From Candidatus Dormiibacterota bacterium (GTDB taxonomy: Bacteria > Acidobacteriota > Terriglobia > Acidiferrales > UBA7541): a stretch of 64,000 nt of DNA. This document shows positions 56,565 through 64,000 of this stretch, in pieces (positions within the stretch are counted from its first letter, which is position 1; every line of letters begins with the position of its first letter). The stretch covers positions 16,114 to 80,113 of the forward strand of contig DATLVG010000139.1 in assembly GCA_035577625.1 (NCBI GenBank). Direction: 5' to 3'. The translations under genes and the position numbers were made by a program. The notes beneath the pieces were generated by a model. The model searched no databases. It saw only the letters and a list, made by a program, of their open reading frames with translations, and was not told the DNA's origin.

Positions 56565-57109
56565 AGCCCATAGCGAATCACGAGTATTTGGCGGCTCGAG
56601 CGCGAACCTGACCTAGGCTCGGCACACCCGTCATTATTAACTAAGACTTCAGTTTGTGGTTGCACGCAAGGAACCAGTTGAAAGTGAGTCGGTCCTGTCC
56701 TCTCTAGTTACGTAAACGGCAGAAAACAAATGTGTTAAATGAAGACGTAGATGCGACGAAAACGTGGCGTTACGAAGAACCGGCAATTGCGCTCCTGAGG
56801 CCCAACTTGAGGGAAGCTAGTTGCCCAGAAGGGACAAACTGGTTCTACCCAAGGCGCTGTTCGCGGGTCTTTTGGCGGAGATTCCGAATTCCGGTGTACT
56901 TTGATCCGTGAACATCTCATGAAATAGGACCATAACTATATGGATTTACAATAATATACAGGAATGTTGAACCGCCCGTGGAAAAGCCTCCAAACCCCCG
57001 TATTTTGGGGAAATATGGCCAAACTATTACCACTTCTTGGCAGAAGCCGCAGATCTCGCCTCGATTTCTGACTGTAGTCTGCTGCAGCGTTCTTCATTAA
57101 AACGTTCAT

Positions 57110-57122
57110 TATCAACACCTTA
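57110..57122 (+). promoter_or_regulatory. IHF-type binding site
   Basis: TATCAA-CACC-TTA matches WATCAANNNNTTR, about 35 nt upstream of the -24 element. Confidence 0.55.
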
Positions 57123-57157
57123 CGGTAGCAATTAATCGTGAATACTAACAGGGTGCC

Positions 57158-57173
57158 TGGCCCCTCACTTGCT
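57158..57173 (+). promoter_or_regulatory. Sigma54 (-24/-12) promoter of the EPS export operon
   Basis: TGGCCCCTCACTTGCT (TGGC-N7-TTGCT). Confidence 0.65.
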
Positions 57174-57254
57174 TTGTACTGGAGGGATTCAACAAGAGGA
57201 ACATTCTGTCCCTAGTCCAGAGCCGGGGCAGGATTTCAGTGGCGACGAGTATTC

Positions 57255-58223
57255 ATGACGACTCAGAGCAATCCGATGATTGATGCGGGGCTGGCCCCAG
57301 GGTGCGTGTTCGGCGCAGATCCTGCAATGCAGCCCATAAACGCAATGGTGATCGACATCGCCCGAACCAAGATACCAGTGCTGCTTTTGGGCGAAAGCGG
57401 CACGGGCAAAGAGGTCTATGCCCGGCTACTCCATAAGATGTCGTCGTGTCCAGAGGGCAGCTTCAAGAAGATCCAGTGTGCCGCGGTAGAGGGAAATCGT
57501 TTTCGGGACGAGATCGTCGCGGCACTGCACGCTGACAGAAGTGGCCGAGGTGAGACTGCGGGGACGGTGTTTCTCGACGAAATCGACGAACTCGATCAGA
57601 ACTGCCAGAGGACGTTGCTTTCCGCGTTGATGCACGCAGAAAACACGGACGAAGAAGCTGACGGTGCGCTGAGATTGATTTGTGCGGCGTCGCGGGATTT
57701 AGAAGAAGAGGTTGCTCGCGGACGGTTTCGGCGAGAGCTCTTTTTCAGGATTAATGGCGTGTGCCTGCGGCTGCCACCGCTACGGGAACGCAAAGAGGAT
57801 ATTCCGGCATTGCTTGACTATTTTTTGATTAAGCATGCCGCGCAACTCCATAAACCGGCGCCAGCCATTGCCGAGGATGTGTTGGAGCTGCTGCAGGGCT
57901 ATCAGTGGCCGGGGAATATCCGCGAACTGGAGAATCTGGCAAAGAAAATCGTCGCGTTTGGCCAGGCGAAGACGGCGCTCGCAGATTTGCGTGTGGAACC
58001 ACAGAAAACGCCCGGGCCGACGGAAATCTTGTCGAGCCGGTCGCTGCGAAACGCTTCGCGGGCTGCATCACGCAGAACAGAACAGGAATTGATACTCAAG
58101 GCACTCGAGCGCACGCGATGGAATCGCAAGCGCGCGGCCCAAGAACTACAGATCAGTTACAAAGCCCTGCTCTACAAACTGAAGCAGATCCGACTACCGG
58201 GCGGAGATGCTCATGAAGATTGA
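57255..58223 (+). CDS. Sigma54-interaction-type AAA+ regulator with Fis HTH, lacking GAFTGA and an input domain
   Basis: GESGTGKE, VFLDEIDE, RFRRELFFRIN, WPGNIRELEN, WNRKRAAQELQISYKALLYKLK. Confidence 0.88.
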   Translation: MTTQSNPMIDAGLAPGCVFGADPAMQPINAMVIDIARTKIPVLLLGESGTGKEVYARLLHKMSSCPEGSFKKIQCAAVEGNRFRDEIVAALHADRSGRGETAGTVFLDEIDELDQNCQRTLLSALMHAENTDEEADGALRLICAASRDLEEEVARGRFRRELFFRINGVCLRLPPLRERKEDIPALLDYFLIKHAAQLHKPAPAIAEDVLELLQGYQWPGNIRELENLAKKIVAFGQAKTALADLRVEPQKTPGPTEILSSRSLRNASRAASRRTEQELILKALERTRWNRKRAAQELQISYKALLYKLKQIRLPGGDAHED

Positions 58224-58236
58224 GGGAGAAGCTTAA

Positions 58237-58866
58237 ATGATGTACACGAAACAAATTGTTCTGGCCGGAGCGGTATTGCTTGTCTTTGGCGCGATGGCCT
58301 CAAACGGACAAGTCCAGAGTCCCACGCCCGATGCAGCTAAACCCGTGGCTCCGGCGACGAGTTCGCCGGTGGCGGCGAACGACCCCGATTACAAGATCGG
58401 CCCGCAAGACGTCTTGACGATCAACGTTTGGAAGGAACCAGATGTGTCTCGCGAAGTTCCCGTGCGACCGGACGGCAAAATTTCGTTGCCGCTATTGAAT
58501 GACGTGGAGGCAGCTGGGCTCACGCCGATGCAACTGGCGAACTCGCTTACGGAGAGTCTTAAGAAATTCATAAGCGGTCCACAAGTGACAGTGATCGTGA
58601 AGGAAATCAACAGCCGGCGAGTGTATGTGATCGGCGAAGTCGTGAGAGCCGGAACATTTCCGCTGTTGCCGAAAATGACCGTCTTGCAGATCGTCTCGAG
58701 CTGCGGTGGATTCACGCAGTTCGCAAATCCGAAAAAGATTTATGTATTGCGGACGAAAGATGGAAAGCAGACGAAGATCCCGTTCAATTACAAGGAAGTG
58801 GTAAGCGGGAAGAATCCCGAGCAGAACATTGAATTGCACCCCGGCGACACGATCGTCGTGCCGTAA
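58237..58866 (+). CDS. Polysaccharide export protein (short OPX/Wza-like)
   Basis: YKIGPQDVL, VRPDGKISLPL, AAGLT, one SLBB domain, ends PGDTIVVP. Confidence 0.9.
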   Translation: MMYTKQIVLAGAVLLVFGAMASNGQVQSPTPDAAKPVAPATSSPVAANDPDYKIGPQDVLTINVWKEPDVSREVPVRPDGKISLPLLNDVEAAGLTPMQLANSLTESLKKFISGPQVTVIVKEINSRRVYVIGEVVRAGTFPLLPKMTVLQIVSSCGGFTQFANPKKIYVLRTKDGKQTKIPFNYKEVVSGKNPEQNIELHPGDTIVVP

Positions 58867-58880
58867 ACGTGAGAACGACA

Positions 58881-60320
58881 ATGCGCAACTGGAACAGAAT
58901 TCTACAGGTAAGTTTGGTACTCGCAGCGATGGCGACCCTGGCAGCGCCGCAGGGCCGCGCACAGCAGGACAGCGGAACACCAAGGCCTGCGGCAAAACAG
59001 GAAGTGCCGCTGCCCGGACCGTTCGATCAGGATCCGAATACGCCGCCGGACACGCTACTGCCGGACACGCGCCCGCTGACGGGTGCGCAAGAGTTCTCGG
59101 TTGGTACCGAACCGGCACGCCATAGCTATTGGGCGCCGGGATTTCGATTCGCGAATTTTTGGCAGTCGAATCCCGTTGGCAGTGCCCCGGGCAATGGCTG
59201 GGCGTCCTCAAGCTATTTGGTAGGCACCCTCAGCGTACGGCAAAACTGGATTCACTCCTCGCTTGCCGTGAACTACTCAGGAGGAGGCACGATCTCGACT
59301 GCGCCCGATTCTGCCAATTTGAACGGCGGTTACCAGCAATTAGGCCTGGTGCAAGAGTTCGACTGGAACCGTTGGAAGCTGTCGTTTCTGGACCAATTCA
59401 GCTACACGACATCCAGCACATTCGGGTTTGGCAGTGGGACGAATATTGATTTGCCGGGCATCGGCGGGACGCTGGGAAGCGATTTACCTGGCTTGCAAAA
59501 CAATTACGTTCCGAACCAAAGCGTGTTCGGAAGCATCGGCACGCGGTACAGCAACGGCGGAGTAGTGCAAACGGAATATTTCCTTTCCAAGCGGTCATCC
59601 ATCGTGTTGTCCGGTTCGTACGGGATACTCCGCTTCAAGCAATCCGGGAATATCGATGTGAACGATGCCATCTTCAGCGGTGGGTACAATTATCAAATAT
59701 CAACCAAGGACCACATCGGAGTGGTCTACCACTACAGCAACTACCGTTACCTGGGCGATCCTCAGGCGTTCTCCGATCACTCAGCACAATTTGCTTATGG
59801 CCGGAAATTAACGGGACGACTTGGGCTGCAACTGTCCGGCGGACCGGAGATTACCGTGTTTCGCATCCCCTTGGGGAACGAATCACGCCGCGTCGGCGGC
59901 GCCGCGGCAGTGGGAATGGCGTATGCCTTTTCACAAGGGGAGATTGGCGTAAGCTACAGCCACGGACTGACGGGCGGCAGCGGGCTACTGGTTGGCTCTT
60001 CGTCGGACCAGATTCAGATTCAGGCTGGGCGGCAATTAGCGAGGCGATACCGGGGGCAGATCGGCTTCGGGTTTGCGCGGAACAAGTCTTTGGAATCGGG
60101 TAACTCCCCGATTCCTGCACAGAGCTACGATACATATTACTTAAATGCGGGAATCAACCACGCACTTGGGCGGACGACGAATTTCAACGTGGGTTATACG
60201 TTCCAAAGGCAGAACGCAAATCTGCAGTTCTGTCCTACGATTGCGTGCGGCACGACTTACACGCAGCACCAGGTATCGATCGGGTTTGACTGGCATACAC
60301 GGCCGTACGTGATCGAGTAA
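58881..60320 (+). CDS. Putative outer-membrane beta-barrel for EPS secretion
   Basis: Signal peptide, alternating aromatic/Gly/Ser strands, ends VSIGFDW; lies between OPX and co-polymerase. Confidence 0.7.
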   Translation: MRNWNRILQVSLVLAAMATLAAPQGRAQQDSGTPRPAAKQEVPLPGPFDQDPNTPPDTLLPDTRPLTGAQEFSVGTEPARHSYWAPGFRFANFWQSNPVGSAPGNGWASSSYLVGTLSVRQNWIHSSLAVNYSGGGTISTAPDSANLNGGYQQLGLVQEFDWNRWKLSFLDQFSYTTSSTFGFGSGTNIDLPGIGGTLGSDLPGLQNNYVPNQSVFGSIGTRYSNGGVVQTEYFLSKRSSIVLSGSYGILRFKQSGNIDVNDAIFSGGYNYQISTKDHIGVVYHYSNYRYLGDPQAFSDHSAQFAYGRKLTGRLGLQLSGGPEITVFRIPLGNESRRVGGAAAVGMAYAFSQGEIGVSYSHGLTGGSGLLVGSSSDQIQIQAGRQLARRYRGQIGFGFARNKSLESGNSPIPAQSYDTYYLNAGINHALGRTTNFNVGYTFQRQNANLQFCPTIACGTTYTQHQVSIGFDWHTRPYVIE

Positions 60321-60344
60321 GCGGGAAAGGCAAAGGGACGACAG

Positions 60345-61856
60345 ATGATTCAGGGCGGCGAAATGGGTTTGCAGGATTATGTGGCGATCGCGAAACGGCG
60401 CTGGCCGGTGCTGGTTGTTCTCGCAATCCTGGGCTGCGGAATTGCATTCGGTGTGGCGCGAGTGTTGCCGAAGAAATTTACTTCGCAAACCACTGTGTTG
60501 GTCGATCCGTCCCGCGTTTCCAAGGAAGTGGTGCCGGAACTGGTGAACGAGGATATCAATCACAAGCTCGGTTCAATGAAGCAACAAATCTTGAGCAGAT
60601 CTCGCCTTGAACCCGTCATTGACAAATACGGGTTGTTTGCGCACGAATCGAAAAACATAACGAAAGACGAGCAGATCGAGGATCTGCGCACGGCCATCGA
60701 CGTGTCGCCTTTGCCACCTGCCCCTGGAACGGACGATCGGCGTTTTTCCGGATTTCACGTGAGCGTCACACTAAACGATCCAGTCGTGGCCCAAAAGATC
60801 TGCGCCGAAATCACGACCAAGTTCATGGAGCAGAACTTGCAAGCGGGCACCAACATCACGCAGAACACCGAAGATTTCCTTTCTCAGAATCTCGCCGAGG
60901 CGAAAGCGAAACTCGACGAACAGGATGCGAAGCTGGCGGAATTCAAAAAGCACAATATGGGCTCCCTGCCGGACGAAACTCAAACGAACCTCGGTTTGCT
61001 TACGGGCCTGAACACGCAACTCCAGGCCGCGACGCAAGCGCTTGGGCAAGCGCAATCGAATAAGGCTTACACGGAATCGCTTCTATCGTCACAAGAAGCT
61101 GTGTGGAAGAGCGCGCAATCGGGCACTAACCCTCAGGCGCTCGACCAGCAACTGGCGCTGATGCAAGACCAATTGGCGGCGTTGCAGGCCCGGTACACGG
61201 ACGAGCACCCCGACGTCATCAAGATGAAGAAGAGCATCGAGCAACTGAGAGCGAAGATTGCTACGGCGGCGAAAGACGGAGAGGCCACGCCAAAAACTCC
61301 GGCAACCAGTACTTTCGAGCCGCCCCAGTTGCAGCAGTTGCGGGCCCAGTTGAAGCAAAACGAGATCGCGGTGTCCGAGCTCGTCAAGCGACAGCAACAG
61401 ATTCAGGACCAGATCCGAACGATTCAGAGCCGGCTCCAGATGAGCCCCGGGGTGGAGCAACAGTTCAAGGATTTGAACCGCAACTACCAGGTCGCGCTCG
61501 ATTTTTATCAAGAGTTACTGAAGAAGAGTAATACGGCAGGACTCGGTTCGCGCTTGCATCAATCGCAGCAGGACGAACAATTCCAGGTTGTGGATCCGGC
61601 CAGTTTGCCGGAGAAACCGACGTTCCCCGATTGGAGGCTTTTTTCGGCGGGTGGGTTTGTTGTTGGTTTTGTACTCGGAATCGGCTTGAGCGCACTGCTG
61701 GAGTTCCAGGATAAGACGTTGCGGACGGAACGCGAAGTGGAGGTTTTTCTGAAGGTGCCGGTACTGGCGATGTTGCCGGCTTTCGAGCCGGGAGGGAAAA
61801 AGCGGGGCTCGTTGTGGGACGCATTTCGTCCGACACCGAAGGCGGTTAAAGGCTAA
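60345..61856 (+). CDS. Polysaccharide co-polymerase / chain length determinant (GumC/Wzc N-terminal type)
   Basis: Two TMs flanking coiled coils, QILSRSRL, YTDEHPDV, VVDPASLPEKP. Confidence 0.9.
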   Translation: MIQGGEMGLQDYVAIAKRRWPVLVVLAILGCGIAFGVARVLPKKFTSQTTVLVDPSRVSKEVVPELVNEDINHKLGSMKQQILSRSRLEPVIDKYGLFAHESKNITKDEQIEDLRTAIDVSPLPPAPGTDDRRFSGFHVSVTLNDPVVAQKICAEITTKFMEQNLQAGTNITQNTEDFLSQNLAEAKAKLDEQDAKLAEFKKHNMGSLPDETQTNLGLLTGLNTQLQAATQALGQAQSNKAYTESLLSSQEAVWKSAQSGTNPQALDQQLALMQDQLAALQARYTDEHPDVIKMKKSIEQLRAKIATAAKDGEATPKTPATSTFEPPQLQQLRAQLKQNEIAVSELVKRQQQIQDQIRTIQSRLQMSPGVEQQFKDLNRNYQVALDFYQELLKKSNTAGLGSRLHQSQQDEQFQVVDPASLPEKPTFPDWRLFSAGGFVVGFVLGIGLSALLEFQDKTLRTEREVEVFLKVPVLAMLPAFEPGGKKRGSLWDAFRPTPKAVKG

Positions 61857-61859
61857 TTC

Positions 61860-62819
61860 ATGTACAAGAGTTTCTATGGGCTCAAAGAGAGTCCGTTCAA
61901 CGTTAATCCGGACCCGCGCTATCTGTTTCTGACGAAACCGATCGAAGAAGCGCTGGCGAGCTTGATGTACGGTATTCAGACGCGCAAAGGATTCATCCTG
62001 CTAAGCGGAGAAGTCGGAACCGGCAAGACGACGCTTATCAATCGCGTGCTTGATTGGTTGCATCAACAAACGATGCGCACGGCATTCATCTTCAACTCCA
62101 GGATGAACACGACGCACCTGTTCGATTTCATTTTGTCTGAATTTGAAATTCCATGCGATTCGCGTTCAAAGAGCCAACAATTGATGAAGTTGAACCAGTG
62201 GCTGCTGGAGCGTTACCGGTCCGGCGAAACCGCAGTTCTCATAATCGACGAAGCACAAAACTTAACGTTTCCGGTTCTTGAGGAAATCCGCTTGCTGACA
62301 AACCTGGAGACGTCGACCGAAAAACTCCTGCAAATTGTGCTATCCGGACAGCCCGAGCTCGAAGAAAGATTGAAACTCCCCGAGCTTCGGCAATTACGGC
62401 AACGCATAACGTTGCGGTGCAAAACGCAGCCGCTCTCTCGCGAAGAAGTGCACGAATATGTAAACGAGCGGTTGCGGATTGGCGGCTTCGATGGAAAGTC
62501 TCCGATATTTGCTCCCAAGTCGCTGGACACCGTTCACAAATACGCACAGGGCATTCCCCGCGTGATCAATTTGCTTTGCGAGCACGCGCTGATTACCGGC
62601 TTTGTGGAACAAATGCGGCCGATTCCGCCGAACGTCATCGACGAAGTGGCACGAGAGTTCCAACTCGATGAGATCGGACCGACAGCGCCGGCAGGACATT
62701 CACGGATTGCCGGTGACGTGTATGGTTCGGAAGCATTCCTGCAAAACCTGGGCGAAGTGCTATCGCGATTCCGGATGAGTCCGGCCGAGACAGTACCACC
62801 ACGGGAAAGGAAGTCATGA
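61860..62819 (+). CDS. ExeA-like AAA ATPase (exosortase/EPS system associated)
   Basis: PFNVNPDPRYLF, GEVGTGKTT, IIDEAQ, GQPEL, QLRQRI, GIPRVIN. Confidence 0.88.
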   Translation: MYKSFYGLKESPFNVNPDPRYLFLTKPIEEALASLMYGIQTRKGFILLSGEVGTGKTTLINRVLDWLHQQTMRTAFIFNSRMNTTHLFDFILSEFEIPCDSRSKSQQLMKLNQWLLERYRSGETAVLIIDEAQNLTFPVLEEIRLLTNLETSTEKLLQIVLSGQPELEERLKLPELRQLRQRITLRCKTQPLSREEVHEYVNERLRIGGFDGKSPIFAPKSLDTVHKYAQGIPRVINLLCEHALITGFVEQMRPIPPNVIDEVAREFQLDEIGPTAPAGHSRIAGDVYGSEAFLQNLGEVLSRFRMSPAETVPPRERKS

Positions 62820-63721
62820 GCCGAATTCACGAAGCGCTGAAAAAGGCACAGGAACAACGAGCGCTGGAACAGCCGACAGCCGCCGCGGTGGCGTTGCCTG
62901 AAAGGATGGTTGCGTCCGTTCCGCCGCCTCCGGCGTTTGCCACTCCCAAGCCTTTGCCAAAGGCGACCGATGCATCCGGCGAGTCTCTTCGATATGAAAA
63001 CCTTTTGGAGCTCTGCGCCAAACCGACTTGGAAGCCGGAGCCAAGCATAGATTTGTTTGCGCACGGTGAAGAGGGCGCGCACGGCACCGAACGCCTTCGC
63101 ACGCTGCGCTCGCGGCTCTACCAGATTCGCGCGACGCGAGAACTGAAGAAAATTGTTGTTACGAGTGCTCTCCCAGCGGAAGGAAAGACGTTCGTCGCAT
63201 GCAATCTGGCCCAAGTTATCGTACGGCAACCTGACCGTCGTGTCCTTTTGATCGACGCAGACATGCGATGCCCTCGATTGCACTTCGCGCTTGGTGCACC
63301 CAAAACACCCGGACTGACCGAATACCTGCGTGGCGAAGCTAAATTGGAAGAGGTTGTGCAACACGGCGGCCACCAAAATTTGTTCTTCATCGCGGCGGGC
63401 AGCGAAGTAACGAATCCGGGTGAGCTTACTGCCGGCGTCAACTTTAAGCAGCTGTTACAGCGGATAACTCCGCTCTTTGATTGGGTTATTCTGGATTCGC
63501 CTCCAGTGCTGCCCGTGTCCGACACGCTGGTGCTTGCCGATCTTGCCGACGGCGTCCTGCAGGTGGTGCGGGCTGCCTCGACTCATTTCGAAGATGCCCA
63601 GAAAGTCTCAAGCGAATTTCGACATAAGAATCTGCTCGGCGTGGTGTTGAATCAGGCGGACGAAGGAAAGAAATACGGCTATTACTCCGAATACTACGGA
63701 GCATCAGGCTCAAAGGTTTAG
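62816..63721 (+). CDS. CpsD/CapB-family tyrosine-protein kinase (BY-kinase)
   Basis: MSRIHEAL, TSALPAEGKT, IDADMR, DSPP, C-terminal Tyr cluster YGYYSEYY. Confidence 0.92.
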   Translation: MSRIHEALKKAQEQRALEQPTAAAVALPERMVASVPPPPAFATPKPLPKATDASGESLRYENLLELCAKPTWKPEPSIDLFAHGEEGAHGTERLRTLRSRLYQIRATRELKKIVVTSALPAEGKTFVACNLAQVIVRQPDRRVLLIDADMRCPRLHFALGAPKTPGLTEYLRGEAKLEEVVQHGGHQNLFFIAAGSEVTNPGELTAGVNFKQLLQRITPLFDWVILDSPPVLPVSDTLVLADLADGVLQVVRAASTHFEDAQKVSSEFRHKNLLGVVLNQADEGKKYGYYSEYYGASGSKV

Positions 63722-63724
63722 CCC

Positions 63725-64000
63725 GTGTCTCGACGATTCGCATTCTATTTTCCGGCCAGAACTCTCGTGCTGGTGGTGGGCGAGGTTCTACTCATCATCA
63801 TGTCCTTCATTCTCGCCACGATGCTGCGATTTGGCGAGCGTTCCTACACTGTTCTGAACTACGAGAACGGTTTGCTCAAAATCGGTATAGTCGCGGTCGT
63901 CGGCCTCTTGTGCATGTATTACCTGGATTTATACGATCCTCAAAAACTGCACACTCCGGGCGAACTGACGTTTCGCTTGCTTGTCGTAATCGGAACGCTG
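63725..64000 (+). CDS. Sugar transferase (priming undecaprenyl-phosphate glycosyl-phosphotransferase type), 3' truncated
   Basis: Not in the ORF track; frame open to window end: FYFPARTLVLVVGE..VLNYENGLLKI..YYLDLYD; follows the BY-kinase. Confidence 0.65.
   Translation, partial: MSRRFAFYFPARTLVLVVGEVLLIIMSFILATMLRFGERSYTVLNYENGLLKIGIVAVVGLLCMYYLDLYDPQKLHTPGELTFRLLVVIGTL

Noticed and set aside
56925-56952. dif-like site (GGACCATAA-CTATAT-GGATTTACAAT)
   Set aside because: The XerD arm does not match TTATGTTAAAT and the site is far from the skew switch
61860-62819. ExeA-like ATPase as evidence of a type II secretion system or transposon helper
   Set aside because: No T2SS or transposase genes nearby; this ATPase family is a regular member of exosortase-associated EPS loci

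Overview
GC-rich bacterial chromosome segment, most likely Acidobacteriota (inferred from gene content and style, not from a marker gene). Bases 1-42.5 kb are mostly housekeeping: larB, futalosine-pathway menaquinone genes (ubiX, ubiA/mqnP, mqnE), osmC, chrA, a processive GT2, pepP, efp, purB, an ECF sigma/anti-sigma/HEAT-repeat operon, an M16 peptidase, rlmN, pgeF, acpS, mtaB with a degenerate carbamoyltransferase, and metH. Bases 42.7-64 kb are an exosortase/exopolysaccharide locus (exosortase, epsI, TPR lipoprotein, short OPX, beta-barrel, co-polymerase, ExeA-like ATPase, tyrosine kinase, sugar transferase). The best candidate for an undescribed system sits inside this locus in the opposite orientation: a translationally coupled operon of a carbamoyltransferase, a glycine-specific A-T didomain and a single PKS (KS-AT-KR with an embedded DH-ACP-TE). 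It shares a divergent control region (sigma54-type promoter plus IHF-type site) with the EPS export operon, whose first gene is an enhancer-binding-protein homolog lacking GAFTGA. Other signals: GC skew flips at about 19-23.5 kb, four dispersed repeat families flip orientation across that point, and two of those repeat families sit in frame inside rlmN. No CRISPR array, rRNA, tRNA, transposase or integrase was recognised. All calls are by eye; no searches were run.
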